From Podarcis erhardii (lineage: Eukaryota): 64,000 nucleotides of DNA. The notes beneath the pieces were generated by a model. It saw only the letters and a list, made by a program, of their open reading frames with translations. It did no database searches and was not told where the DNA came from. Numbering within the stretch: position 1 is the stretch's first letter; every line of letters starts with the position of its first letter. This document shows, piece by piece, positions 26,401-39,772 of the stretch. The position numbers and the translations under genes are program-made. The DNA lies in NCBI GenBank assembly GCA_964252035.1, contig OZ176206.1; one strand, given 5' to 3'.

Positions 26401-27264
26401 TATGTATCTTATGTTAAATAACAGACAGTGAGATGTATTTCGCAGAAACTGAACTGCAGTGGCATGGAAGCATTGCTAATTGTGATGAATCTAGGTCAGA
26501 ATGGAAATCACTGCCTTCTTACTTCCTTGCCCACATCTCATTTGTATTGCAGGATGTAGTCACAGTGACACTACTTTGCACACAGCTGCATGAGATGGAC
26601 TCGTTTGTCAGATTTGATTATTCTCCATGTCTCAGGCATGCAGCGTAGAAGAGGAGGGCCCCCACCCTATTACCTGGGGTCTTGCTAGTTGGCTGTGGAG
26701 ACAGAGGTACCTGCAACAGAGACAGAACACTTCCTGTAGCAACCAGGAAGTGAGCACTGTGGGTTGTAGCCACTGCTAGCTAGACCCATTGAAATGAATG
26801 GATATGACTAATGTAGAACCATTTATTCAAATGGGTCTGTTCTACTTGGAATACAATCCTATGTACCAAGTGGATGCTGGTGTGCAGCATTTGTATAGGA
26901 CTTTCAGGCAATCAAACATTACAGAGTTGTTGTAAGGCTTACAACTAGATAAAGATAAGTCAAGACAGACAGCCGGTTCCTTAAAACTTTCTAGTGAGCT
27001 CAGAGCAAGGGGGGAGATATGAACCAAGGTCTTCCTGATTTGTAATTGTGGCCAAGGCTGCAATCCTAACCCCACTTACCTGGGAAAAACCACCACTGAA
27101 TTCAGTGAGACTTACTCCTGTGTAAGCATAGCTAGGATTGCACTGTTAGTCTCTTATTAACTACTGCACCAGCTCTCCAAAGCAAAGTATATCTGTCAAA
27201 GTCAAGGTTCAACTACGTGAAGATTCACTTCACTTTGGTTTTCTTTCTCTCCCTCTCACTCTAG

Positions 27265-27377
27265 TATCTTCTTTTGGTACGAACTGAGATGACAGTTTCC
27301 CAGAAGCATCTGGGAGAGTTCTGTGGCTCCCTTAAGCAGTACTTGAAGACTGTGGCAGGAGAACGGGACTGCTTTCA
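27265..27377 (+). CDS. NECAB2: NECAB2 coding exon, start of ABM-like domain (YLLLVRTEMTVSQKHLGEFCGSLKQYLKTVAGERDCF)
   Basis: ctctag|TAT acceptor, TCA|gtaagt donor, 113 bp; phase consistent; not in the supplied ORF track. Confidence 0.9.
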
Positions 27378-27877
27378 GTAAGTACCACTTCTGTGCTCCT
27401 TCAGGAATGTTGGATATGATGGGGCAAAGGGTGTGTGTGATTGACTCCGGTTCCCACAACCTCCTTTTCCATGTCATTTCTTATAGATATCCTACAGGGA
27501 TGGGATTGTGAGTGGAGCCCAATGATAGTTGTGATCGTGGGCCAATGCACTCCCATAAAATTTTATAAATAGACCCAATTAAAGAGTGGCTGTCACATTC
27601 TTTTCTTAATTTCACATTCTTGTAAGAGGTAGACAGTTCACGAGAATTGCTGTGGTTCATCAACTACAGAGATAATTGCTGAATAGTTTCTGTTTTCATG
27701 ACAAGTGGGAGCACTAAGCAGGGAAATGATTGCAAGGAGAATTCCAATATCCAAGACATAATTTTATGGGGACCATCCAAAATGTTGCAAAGAATATATA
27801 GCCATTCACGCTGTATCCCTTAACCACAAAGTTTTTTCAACTGCTGCCCACATTTCTCTCTCTCTCTCTCTTTGCAG

Positions 27878-27955
27878 TGTAACTGCAGTCAGGCTTCCTG
27901 ATGGGGTCACTTTCATCGTCTACGAGTTCTGGGAGTCAGAGGATGACTGGAAGAG
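27878..27955 (+). CDS. NECAB2: NECAB2 coding exon (HVTAVRLPDGVTFIVYEFWESEDDWKR)
   Basis: tttgcag|T acceptor, GAG|gtaagg donor, 78 bp; YEFWE motif of the NECAB ABM domain. Confidence 0.95.
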
Positions 27956-29299
27956 GTAAGGCAAGACATCAGGTAGACTCTTAGCAGTCATTTGGAATGC
28001 AACTACAAGGAAACTGACCAGCAACAGTTCACCATATAACAGCCAATAGCTGTTGCTTTTTTTGCTGCACATATTTCAACTATGAAACTCAGTCATGGCC
28101 ACTGGATGGTTTAAAAAGAGAATTAGACAAATTCATGGAGGAGAGGGCTATCAAATGTTATGCTCTGCCTCCACAATTGGGGAGATTTTATACACACACA
28201 CACACACACACACAAGTTTAACCTTGTACATGTGTGTATCCATCCTAGGAGGATGTAACGTTTTTAGGCGCTGGGGCCAATTTGGGAAGGAACTTTTCTG
28301 CATTAAATGAAATGTTCCTTTGGGCTGAATTCCAGAAACAACACAGTGTCACTAAGGGGCCTCTCCCTGAAACCCTGGAGAAAGTTTTGCAGTTTATAAA
28401 TTGTTTCTACGTGTTTAAAAATCAATGAGGAAAAAGAGTACAGCATAAACCAGTACAATGATTTAATTTTAAGGCAGCCAGCGTAACAGCAGCAAAATGG
28501 GGGAAGCAATGCTTGACAGCTTGAAGGAGCGCTTAGTGCATTGGTATCTAGTACAGCTGTCATTCAAAATGCAAAAGGCAGGAGGGGAGCTGCAGGGGTC
28601 CACTGCGGGCTCTCTTGGCTTTCACTTTTTAAAAACACGCACACATCTGCCTTAGATCTGTGCCAAAAGTCTCACCTGCATGATGACTCTCTTCAGTTCC
28701 CTGCAGAGCCTTCTGAACATGAAACTCCTTGGCCATCTGTTGGGATGGGCACCACTGCTCCCCTCACCCCCTGGCCTTGTGCCCTGCACTTCATCGTATC
28801 CTCCCACCTGAGCACAAGACACTGAATGTGCTCATCACTGGTCAGCAGCAGAGCAAAGCTCTGTGGCACCAAAGGCAGCTGATCAGAGAGTGTGTCAGGG
28901 GAAGGAAGGAGATGAGCAGAGCTATAAAGGGAGCCCCCTCTTGGGGCACACTACAGTCACAGAATTTTGAGAGTAGCAAAGGCACTTTGACTGCTTTGTG
29001 GACTTGTGCATTTCTGAACTCTGATGCAGACTCCCTATTTTTTTAAAAAAACAAACTGGCTCTACAAGTATATAAGTTGCAGCAGTGATGGTACACCTGG
29101 AAAGGATGGGTTGAATGGCTGGTGCCTAAATCCCCTCAGCACTTTTGTAATATTAACCTCATGTAGGTTCGATTTGATCTCAGTGGGACTTACCTTCTGA
29201 AAGATGAAACTTTTTCAAAATAAAATTCTGCAACAGCAAGCAGCCTTCCTGAAGCATGCATGAGGGACTAGTTTGCCAACCTGTTAGTCAAAGCTTTGG

Positions 29300-30000
29300 T
29301 GCAAAGAGCAGAAGAAGAGTCTGCTGGACCAGCCCAGCATCCTATTCTCACAGTGGCCAACCAGATGCCTGTGGGGAAGCAGACCTGGAGTACAGCTGCA
29401 GTCTTCCCACCTGCGATTCTCCATAACAGTTATTCTCTGAAAGTTTGGGTTGTGGCTAGTAGCCATTGATAACTTTATTCTCCATGAATTTGTCTAAACC
29501 TCTTTTAAAAAGCCACAAACTGGTGGCAACCACATCTAGTTGCAGCAACTTCCATAGTTTAACCAGGCCCTGTCCTCCTTGTGTCTATCCTGAATCTTCC
29601 AACATTCAGTTTAGCTGCATGGCCCATTTGGGATCTAATATTAGGAAACAGGGGAAAAACTCCTCCACATATGACTTCACTCAATGCATAATCTTCCCTT
29701 CCCCATTACTTGTCTTTTTCCCCTAAACTAAAAGCCCCCAGTTGTTATAACATTTCCTCATAGAAGAGTTGCTTCAGCTTCTTGAGCATTTTGGTTACTT
29801 TTCCTTTCTACCCTTTTTCCAGCTCTACATGATCCTTTTTGTGGTAGAGCAACTAAAATTGTAGTGTGTTCCATATGCAGTCACACCATAAATTTGGATA
29901 ATGGGATGGTGATATTAACAAGTTTGAAAACCAGTCCCTTTCCTAATGATTCCTAACATGTAATTCACCTTTGTCGCAGCTGCCACATGCTGGGTTTTGC
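29300..30000 (-). mobile_element. Degenerate CR1 3' UTR plus ORF2 end
   Basis: cagcatcctattctcacagtggccaaccagatgcc...catgaatttgtctaaacctcttttaaaagcc, followed by decayed ORF2 sequence. Confidence 0.7.
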
Positions 30001-30148
30001 ATTTCATCATTGCTGGTTAGTGTAGCGGCAGTGATGGCTGTGCCCATTAGGCTCCCAGCTTTGTGTCCTACCAGTCCCGAAAGGTAGATGGAGCCAGAAA
30101 CAGGCAGAGCCAACTAATTCTATTTATGCCATTCTCCTCTTTCCTGCA

Positions 30149-30505
30149 GGGACGCGGGTGGCACTGTGGGTTAAACCACAGAGCCTAGGACTTGCTGATC
30201 AGAAGGTCGGCAGTTCTAATCCCCGCAATGGGGTGAACTCCCGTTGCTCGGTCCCTGCTCCTGCCAACCTAGCAGTTCGAAAGCATGCCAGTGCAAGTAG
30301 ATAAATAGGTACCGCTTGGGCGAGAAGGTAAACGGTGTTTCCGTGTGCTGCTCTGGTTCGCCAGAAGCGGCTTAGTCATGCTGGCCACATGACCCGGAAG
30401 CTGTACACCGGCTCCCTCGGCCAATAAAGCAAGATGAGCGCCGCAACCCCAGAGTTGGCCACGACTGGACCTAATGGTCAGGGGTTCCCTTTACCTTTAC
30501 CTTTA
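30149..30505 (+). mobile_element. Sauria SINE (Squam1), full length
   Basis: GGGACGCGGGTGGCACTGTGGGTTAAACC head, (ACCTTT)n tail, TSD CCTCTTTCCTGC at 30136-30147 and 30506-30517. Confidence 0.95.
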
Positions 30506-31210
30506 CCTCTTTCCTGCCAGCTTCTGAAAGGGCTACAACTAAGACAAAGGAAGGTGGAAATGGTGGGCAATGGCACCCCCTAGACTGGTAGTATGTGAGC
30601 AGCCAGGCAATGCCCCTTTTCCCCTACTAGAGTTGCCTCCACTGGTTAATGAACTGCACTGTACAAATCAACTACAGTGGCAAATAGTCCTTTCTTCCAC
30701 AGTTCTTGTTGCACTACAAAAAAAAAAAAAAATCAGCCAGAGGGCAGAGTCTTGCACTCCCCACAGCGAAATAGGAAGGAGGTGGAGACAAGAACAAGTG
30801 TGTTAACAAGCCGCTTTCAAAACCTCCCAAGGCACTTCAAAAGATAAATGTTCTTCCCTTGGCGAAAGTATTAAAGAAATTCACATTCTAGCTAGCCAAA
30901 CGTGACAGATATAAATTACCACTGAGTGGTTGGGAATTTTTTGTGCTAAAGCCACTGGTTTTTTCCACCAAGAAGCTCAGTTCTGTGACTTGTATAAGTT
31001 ACGCACATTAAATTTAAATAAATCAAATGCTTCTCTATGGGGAAACATTTATGCCCAAACCAAATCCTCATCCAACTTGGGGTGGGGGTTGGTGGGGTGT
31101 AGGGCTCCTCTTTCACTGGCTCAGCCCTTATTTCATCTCATCAGCTCATTGCTCAGGTAAACGTGAGACTGGCTCTAAAATAACAAGGCCACCTTCTCCC
31201 TTTCCTGCAG

Positions 31211-31302
31211 GCATCTCCAGAGTCCTGCTTGCAAAAGCTTCCAGCATGTGAAAGTGGATACGCTCACCCAACCGGAAGCAGTGTCCAGTGTGTCAGTGCC
31301 AG
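31211..31302 (+). CDS. NECAB2: NECAB2 coding exon ([30 protein letters not shown])
   Basis: cctgcag|G acceptor, CAG|gtacag donor, 92 bp. Confidence 0.94.
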
Positions 31303-32692
31303 GTACAGACCCAAAATGTGATATATAAGAGGGAGGAGAATGAACTGGGAGACAGATTCTCTGGTGAGCAGTTCTGTGTCTGCAGCTCAGAGCAGAATGC
31401 CAATTCAGGATGGGAGCAGTGTGTTGTGGGGGGGGGGGCGCTAAGCTGCCGCCTCCTGGGTTGGGGGAAGAGCCACCTTTCTAAAAGGATCTTCCCTTTT
31501 AAAAACATGTAGCATGAAACTTTTTAAAACACACCACCACCAAGCTGTATTGGTGTTCCCATTCCTGCTGTTTTATCCCAACAGACTGTAATGCTAGCCT
31601 GATTCAGCTACTCTTAGGTTTCATCTTAAGTCAACATATGAAGGGGAACAGAAGGAATGAGCACACTTGATCTGCTTCTTCTGCTTCTCCCCCATGAGAG
31701 GGAAGCCTGCTCTATTCACATTGGGACCCAGGGTTGCACATCACATGGGGAACCTACACGAGGACAGCAAGCTGCCCACTGCAGATAGTCAACCTCCAGG
31801 TCTCTTCTCTCCAAAAGGGAGGCAAGCCTCTCTCCAGTCTTCCTCTGCCCCTCTTGTGTAGGGAACCTAGAAAGCGGCCTTAGGTTTCCCCAAGCTCAGA
31901 ATTGTCTACATTGACTTTGAACCTGGGACCTTTTGTATGCAAAGCAAAGGCTCTACCACTGAGCAGCTTGCCACATGTGCTGATATAACACAGCAGATGA
32001 ACCCCTGAGTGGAGTTTCTGCCTCGCATTAAATGCTACAATCTCCACTACAAGCCAACCACTTGCTCAGGTTTTCAACACTGCAGTGTAGCACCAGATCG
32101 CAGTGCTTGGCTGGTGGTACATTGCAATGTTGAAAAGGAGGAACAATCTGTGTTGGCCCTGCGAGGCGCTGGGAGGAAGAGGCAGCGGCGGAGGCAGCCC
32201 TGTGGACAGAGCCTGTCAGGGCTCCCTCTCTACCCGAGCTTCGGTGGAACTGTTTAATGAAGCCCCCAACTCACCTCCGGATCACACACCTGGGAGGGGG
32301 GGGCTTCGTTGAACTGCTCCATTGAGGCTTGGGCAACTGCATGCCCCTCAGCAGAGCAGTTTAAAGAAGCAGCCTGCCCACACTGAAGGAGCAGCATGCT
32401 GCATTGGTCTAGGCACATTGCCAATGCAGGTTGTTCCTCCCTCTGCAAGGGCCAGAGAGAGATAGGAGCAGCAGCAGTTTCACCCGAGTGAAGCCGCCAT
32501 CATGCTGTGGCCCTCATACTGGTCCTTGGCACAGGCCTGCCACTCACTAACACAAAGGTATGCCTTCTGTGAGTCAGATAAGGAAGGACGTATAAAAGAA
32601 AAAGTCCATTAACACGAGTAGAGTTTAGGATTGGGTCCTTTTTTATATATTTGTGATGAAACAAAACAAAACCTCTTTTCCCCCCTTTGCAG

Positions 32693-32721
32693 CTGCTTGG
32701 TGCACCCTCAACCAAGACTGA
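32693..32721 (+). CDS. NECAB2: NECAB2 last coding exon (AAWCTLNQD*)
   Basis: tttgcag|CT acceptor; TGA at 32719-32721; AAWCT C-terminus typical of NECAB2. Confidence 0.93.
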
Positions 32722-33529
32722 TCAGGGAAGGCTGGCATTGTTCCCTCTTCACCAGGCACTCTTGGAAGTTTCCGCTGTTTTGCAGAGAACAAAACTCCTG
32801 TCTTTTCTAACGACTTTGTTAAGAGGTGTTGTCTTTCTCCCTCCCCTCCCCCCCCCCCCCCCGCTCCCTCCCAAAAACATTTCTACCTGGAACTGTTATT
32901 TACTTGCTTGCTATCTGAAGTGAAGGAAAAACAAAACAAGCCAAAACCAAAAGCCTGACTTCTGACCCTGCCAGGCACACATTTCCCCTTCTGAGCTCAA
33001 AGTTCTCTGCCATTTATTGCAGCCAACACCAGTCTGCAAGGTACCGCTATCAGTAGTATACAACTGCTGTTAAAGGATGTTGATGAATTGAAAGTTTCTC
33101 CTGGGTGAGCATCCTGCCTGCCACTTTCATGCATGGGTTTCTGGATGGCAAAGGGAAAATGTTCTGGCATTCTCTCAGAAGATCGAGCTGGGCGGATGGA
33201 GCTGTAGTTCAGAACACCTGGAGGGTACCAGATTAGGGAAGGCTGGTCTCTCTATATAGCATAAGTAGCATCTGTTTTATAGCACTAATAGCCATCATGG
33301 CTTCCCACAGAATTTTGGGAACCATATTGGCGGTGGTGCCAAGATTTTTCTGCCAGATGTTCTTGGCATAAGCACACCCAAGACAAGTTATCATATCCAG
33401 GGTGCAAGGAAATGATTGAAATACATAGTATGGAAGACCCATAAAGTTCCCTTTCATTTCAGATTTTTCCCTATCCCCATCCTTTTGGTTTTCCCTCTGT
33501 TGCCTTCACTTTAATGCCAGTGCATGAAT

Positions 33530-33535
33530 AATAAA
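33530..33535 (+). terminator. Candidate NECAB2 poly(A) signal AATAAA (a second candidate at 33672-33677)
   Basis: AATAAA about 0.8 kb after the stop, followed by a T-rich tract; usage not testable here. Confidence 0.4.
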
Positions 33536-34149
33536 AAAGCCTCAATGTACTTAGATTTATTTTTATTTTTAGCTGTAAGTAGCAGCACCGAGTTACTTCA
33601 CTAACTTAAACATACTTCTTTTCTTTTTTGAAAGAACCATTTCTAACCAGGATTGAAGCAGGCAAAATTTAAATAAATAATAAAATCTTCAGGAAGCAAG
33701 CTTACTTATCTTCACTTTTGACTATAACCTTTGATAGTTTACATGTACCGTTTTAGAAATAAGATTATTATATAGCTCTAAAGTGTAGCACACTGCAGGA
33801 TGTCAGTATTAGCCAACATATAAGCAATTTTACTATTATATACATATCTATTATGCGCTATTGTATATGACTTAAGTGCAGATAACCAAATAAAATTTAA
33901 GAGATAAAAAATTGCATTCTGCGTAGAACCCTCATTGTTTTCACCTGTCCTTAAGACCACACGTCATTTCAGACTGGGGAGCCCATCTATCCTACGCAAC
34001 AGAGGGCAGTCCTCTGTTTGAAAGGCCAACTGATCCAAGACCAGTTTAAAGATAAAGAACCCTAAGATCGAAAAGAGGTCCATCATCAACAGTCCACACC
34101 TGGGCAGACCAGTCTTCCCCACTATGGTGAGGCAGGAAGAACCAGCTGC

Positions 34150-34570
34150 ACAAATATAAGATGGGAACAGCTGAGTTGCCAGCAATATGTGTGAAAATCA
34201 TCTAGAAGTCTTAGTAGACCACAAGCTTAACATGAGTCAACAGTGTGATGCAGCAGCAAAAAAAAGCTAATGCTATTCTAGGCTGCATCAACAAAAGTAT
34301 AGTGTCCAGATCAAGGGAAGTAATAGTACCACTCTATTCTGCCTTGGCTAGACCACACCTGGAATACTGTGTCCAGCTCTGGGCACCATAATCTAAGGAG
34401 GCTATTGACAAGAGGAGGGCAACGGTTCCTTATGAGGAACAAATATCTAAAGGGCTGTCACATGAAAGATGGAGCAAGCTTGTTCTCCTGTTCCAGAGGG
34501 TAGGACCCAAAACAATGGATTCAAGTTACAAGAAAGGAGATTCCAATGGTAAGCCATTGTGGGAACAGTT
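34150..34570 (+). mobile_element. Degenerate CR1 ORF2 fragment between the two genes' 3' ends (similar remnants at about 10520-10665 +, 18620-18895 +, 59185-59410 -)
   Basis: cacaagcttaacatgagtcaacagtgtgatgcagcagc...gctaatgctattctaggctgcatcaac...cacacctggaatactgtgtccag. Confidence 0.8.
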
Positions 34571-36044
34571 TGCTAACTAAGATTGTCCTCTATCCCATCC
34601 AGCTAGTCTCTTCTAATGTTTTTAAGTATATATAGCATGGCAACAGTTGCCATGGTTTGCAGGGAAGAAAGCAAATGAGCCGACAAGGGAGAGGAACTCG
34701 GTTGGATGGGGTCAGTACTACAGAAGCAACAACAACTTTGGGGCTCCAAGATGCCTTGGCTGGCCCTGGTCCTGAACCCTGCTGCTCCAAGCAACCCAGC
34801 CACGTACATGGAGAAGGAAACCATGGTGACTTTTAATGCTCTACCCATCTGAAAGTGTGTAGCATACTGAGAGGGAAATATATTAAGTGCCCCAAGCTTC
34901 GGGGGTGAGTTTTTAGATTCACATTTGAGATGCAAAGCCAGCCTTTTCTCCAATGGCACAATGTTTTGGATTCATCCTCATTTTCAGGCCTTCATTGACA
35001 AGTGTTTGGCAAGAACAACCCTAACATAAAAAAGAAGTTAGCAGTTCCTTTCTGCAGGATAAGACACCAAAGCCTAAAAGGGGCAGGAGAGCCTCTTCTA
35101 GACAGGTTTACAAAAAAAAAGGCCAATTTTTTATTTCAAAACTTCTGGTACCTGGTTTGGGCCAGGGTGGCAAAGCCTGGACCATCTAAGGTGGTGGAGC
35201 CACTCGAAGGATCAGGTACAAAACCAGCTCCCCAGCTGCCAACTATACTGCACTGACCCCACCTGTGTCATCTTCCTTGGCTCAGCAACAAAGGACTCCT
35301 AAACACGTTCTGAGGTCTCTTGCAGCAGTGTATAAAATGGTGCAGCTCAACAACCTGGCACTCTAGCACCCATACATTGGTGATATATTTTAAGCATGCA
35401 CACTAAGTGAAAACAATGCTCCTGACAGTTACTGAAAAATAAACAAATAACAATCCCTGTTTCACACATCCACAGAACTTTTGGATGCTATCCTAATAGA
35501 TAAATTTCTTTCCCAGAGCCTCATTTTTCCCAGAGCCTCATTTAGAGGGTGTGGGTTGGGGAAAACCCTAGAAATCCAAAGCCCTTTTAAGAACATTCCT
35601 AAGAGGAGGAGGAGTGAAATGGAGAGCAGAAGCGGCAGAATGTCTTTTATGGAAAGCTTAATGTTTTCTCAAGAGTCCTCTGTACTTCGCATACATCTAA
35701 GTAACTTTGTGCGACGAGCAGCTTTGGGAGAAATCCAACAGCTTTCTGTGGTTTGAAACATCAATGAAAATCTGCACTACAACAGACAACCAAGGAGCAT
35801 TTGCTAGAGAAAACGGGTCCTATCCAACAGTCCGCAGGGGGGGGGGGGGCATTCAATGTATGGAAAAGCACAACCAACACATACCTATATTAGATAGCGA
35901 AAAAGTGGCTATTATTGAAATTATGCCCAGCTGGTAAAAGCTGCATAGTACTTGCCCATATCACTTGGAAATACCCATCAGGCTGTGCAAGTATGAAGAC
36001 AGTCTCTGTCATCTGCTACCATCGCAACTGCCTCCACCGGTCGA

Positions 36045-36147
36045 CTAGACTTTGTATAACAGTTCCATGAGAGCGATCGTCGTGCTTTGTCCAAAGATGA
36101 AGGCTCCACAAAGGACGGTGACAATTCCCCATGTAATTAAGCAAGAC
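36045..36147 (-). CDS. SLC38A8: SLC38A8 last coding exon (KSCLITWGIVTVLCGAFIFGQSTTIALMELLYKV*)
   Basis: ttggcag|G acceptor; TAG at 36047-36045; FIFGQST motif; summed CDS 1323 nt is divisible by 3. Confidence 0.95.
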
Positions 36148-36472
36148 CTGCCAAAGGGCGGGAGGGGGGGGAAATGTCAAGCTGTGTTACCTTTTTCACA
36201 GTCATAGAAATAACTGCCGGCAAAAAGCCAGTTATGATGGGCAGGCCACAGCCGGGCCTATGAATTTCAGGGAGTCCCGCGTGGCACACAGTGTGTCAGC
36301 TTTGCTCTCCAACTCCCATCAGCCCCAACCAGCATCCCCAAAGATGGGAGCTAAAGTCTAAAAGCTCTGCCAGGTACAGACTGGGGATGCCTGCCCTTGG
36401 CCACGAACAGCTCATATTCATAGAATCATAAAATCATAGCAAGCAAAGGGGGCTGGGAAGGTACAGACATAC

Positions 36473-36524
36473 TTGGTCCTTGGCTTGATAGGCTCCATCT
36501 CCACTGCACACACCAAACACAGTC
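36473..36524 (-). CDS. SLC38A8: SLC38A8 coding exon 9 (GLCLVCAVEMEPIKPRT)
   Basis: gttgcag|GA acceptor, CAA|gtatgt donor, 52 bp. Confidence 0.94.
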
Positions 36525-37299
36525 CTGCAACACAAGAGAAATCACTTTGCATTTGTTATCACTAATAATAATTACAATCAATCAATCAATCAATCAATCG
36601 TAATTATTAACAATTGAGAGTCAGTGTGGTGAAGTGGGTCTAGGACCAGGGAGCCTGGAAGCTCTAACTGGTTGACCCTGGAGCATAACCTACCTCACAG
36701 GTAGGATGTGGGAGGAGGATGGGGAGAACTGTGTGAGCTCCTTGGAAGAAAAGGTCGGATATAATACCTAAAATACTATAGACTGCTCCGATCACTGTGC
36801 ATTGAAGGGCAGAATAGAAATTAGATAAAACAAAATGGATATTTGTTTTACATTTAATCAAATCCTCTTTATCTTCCGAATATTCCTGTCTAAGGCAGCT
36901 TAACCATGTCTGGTTCCCAGGGTTGCAAGTACGGAATGTGACATTGACTGCTTTAACAACGCCATCTAGTCATTGCCAAACGCTCCTCAGCTTGATTTAG
37001 CATATGGGTCAGCAAGATGGGCTATTTTCCAAAAACAGCAGCCAGTTCTCTCCCTCCAAAAAAAAGAAAAAGAAAGCAGGGGCGTGTCAAATTCCAGAAA
37101 TTCAGATCCCCCTCACAGCATCACTGACATGAGCAGTCATGAAGCATCTAGTTTCCAGCTTGTCTTTCCTAATGACTCACGAGACCTGGCAAACTACATT
37201 TCCCAGGCTCCTTGACATGGAGTTCAAATCTAAGCCAGATAAGAACTTCAGGAGCACTGCAAACTCAACGGAAAGTATTATAAGTTGAACAAGTTTGCA

Positions 37300-37495
37300 T
37301 TCCCATCAGATGTGAAGGTGATAAGTAACTGTACAACCTTGAGGAGACATCTGAAAGCAGCCTGTACAGGGAAGTTGTTTAATGTTTTATTATATTTTCA
37401 TGTAGGAAGCAGCTCAGAGTGGCTGGGGAAACCCAGTCAGATGGGAGTGGGGTACAAAAAATAAAATTATATTATGATTATGATTATTATGATTA
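37300..37495 (+). mobile_element. Short, more diverged L2 3' fragment (a tail-only remnant is also at about 51185-51245)
   Basis: gacatctgaaagcagcc...gtggctggggaaacccagtcagatggg plus (TTA)-rich tail. Confidence 0.8.
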
Positions 37496-38374
37496 TTCCA
37501 GTACCAAGTAAACACAAACTTTTGCAACTTCACATCTTCTCTTTCTTTTAAAGTACATGCGCACCCAAACTTCTAGTCTTTACTGCTGCCAATAAATTAT
37601 TACAAATGCCAATTCCAAATGAAGCCACAGAAGAATTGAGAGGCAGAGAAGAGGGGCAGGGGGAGAAGAGGGCTCTAGTAGGAACTGCAGTGACCAAGAC
37701 CTCACACATGACCACACCTTTCCCCCATGACTAGCAGAAGCAGTTTCCCATTATTATTATTTTTAAAGCTGGTGTGCAGCAGTGTTTAGCTTGCTGTTTA
37801 CATAAGCAGTCGAGTTTAGCTTCTTCTGGTAGAAAATCTGGGTTGCTGTGAAACAGAACTTTGATCAGTTTCCTTCTCAAGTACAAAGCTCTGGTCAAAA
37901 CCTTTCGTTGTGATAATCAAGGCACCAAAAAAGAAATCTCACTTGAAAAAGAAGTTTGCTCCTAGGAAGACTGCTTGATAATTAAATCCATTACTGAGGA
38001 CTTTGCCAGGAGGACAAGGAGGAGGCGGCAAAAAAGCAAAAACTTTCATCAACCCAAAAACTTTTTCTAGATGATTAGGATTGGGGAGGAGAAAAATCAA
38101 TTTCCCTGAGAAAAATGGAGGATAGCTGGCCAAGAGCAATGGTGACACCAATTCTTGGAGTCTCAGGTGAACAAGTGGGGAGTTTGCTGCTGCATTCAAG
38201 ACCTACTTGCAAGCTTTTCACCGACCTTCAGTTGGCCACTGTGAGAACAGGATGCCAGATGATGGGCCTTTGGTCTGATCCAGCTTGCCTCTTTTTGAGG
38301 GGCTAAAAGATCAGCCATTGTTATGCAGATCCCTCACCCTCTCTTACCTCAGAGAGCACACAACATGGTCATAC

Positions 38375-38574
38375 CTGGAAAAATGAAGATGAAGAATGCG
38401 CTGATGCCCCCAATGACACTGATGACGTCACTGATGTCTGGCACAAAGAGGGCAATGACCAATGTGACCACAACCCAGGCAGTAGTGAGAGTGACCCGCG
38501 TCCACTTCTCGTAAGGCTCAGTTGTCAGAAGGTAGCTGTGCTTGGAACTCAGGCAGACGTCCTGTAGGACTGAC
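38375..38574 (-). CDS. SLC38A8: SLC38A8 coding exon 8 (RSVLQDVC...SVIGGISAFFIFIFP)
   Basis: tgctag|G acceptor, CAG|gtatga donor, 200 bp. Confidence 0.96.
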
Positions 38575-38766
38575 CTAGCATAGACATATGGGGAATTACA
38601 CACAACAACAACAACACAACAGGATTCTACTTTACGGAAGTGGCTGGTTCAGTTGGTGGAAGAGGGGGAACTTTCCCTAGATTGGAAAGGGCCATGGTTC
38701 AGTGGCAGAGGGATAATACATATTTTGAACAATGGACATGGCAAGGGAGTTGAATGTTGATCTATA

Positions 38767-39008
38767 CAGTGGTACCTCGGGTTACATACGCTTCAGGTTA
38801 CATACGCTTCAGGTTACAGACTCCGCTAACCCAGAAATATTACCTTGGGTTAAGAACTTTTCTTCAGGATGAGAACAGAAATCGTGCAGCAGCAACGCAG
38901 CAGTAGCGGGAGGCCCCATGAGCTAAAGTGGTACCTCAGGTTAAGAACAGTTTCAGGTTAAGAACGGACCTCCAGAACGAATTAAGTTCTTAACCCGAGG
39001 TACCATTG
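38767..39008 (+). mobile_element. Same MITE family, copy C
   Basis: TIRs, TA TSD. Confidence 0.92.
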
Positions 39009-39772
39009 TATGTTCCATGAGTAACTTTTCTTCTTTGTTGTAACACATGAAAATAAGACTACATTTATAATCACAGGAAGAGGAGATAGAATTTATTCTG
39101 GTGGATTGCTTTTGAAATGTGCATTTTCTGTTTACCTCAAAGTTCTATATCTCTTAGGTTCCACCTCTGACAGTGTAATCCTACATATATATCTACTCAG
39201 AAATTAGTTCCAATGAGTTCAGTTGGACTTACTCCCAAGCCAAGTAGATATAGGATATATAGGACTGAAGTTGCAATCCTAAACTAATTCGCCAGGGAGT
39301 AAATTCCATTAAATTCTGGAGGAATAACTTCCGAGTAGACATGGTTAGGATTGTGCAGTAATTTACTATATGTGTTTTTCTTTGGGAATAAGGGGTTACT
39401 GTATTTATCAAAATGTAATTTAGTTCAAATGGGTGGGGGCAAGAAAAATGGTGTGGTTTGAGGAGGAAAGGGATGGGCCAAGGAGGCAGCCCTGAACTTT
39501 GGGCTCCTCAGAAGAAAGGAAGGATATAAAATGGAGTAAAATACCATTAATTTAAGCCATAAATGGTTTTGGCGCAACAGGTTGGATTTCATTCTAAAGC
39601 AGATATGCTGTATTATAAATATGGTTATGCTTGAGAAAAATGAGCCTGTTCCCAGAGGAAATCAGGCTATGCTTCTGACCAGAGGAGCTACACACAAGGA
39701 CAGTACTCATTAAGCAGAACAGCATTTCCGTCAGGGTCAAAGCATAGGAAAAGCAACACTTCTGCTCCTTAC

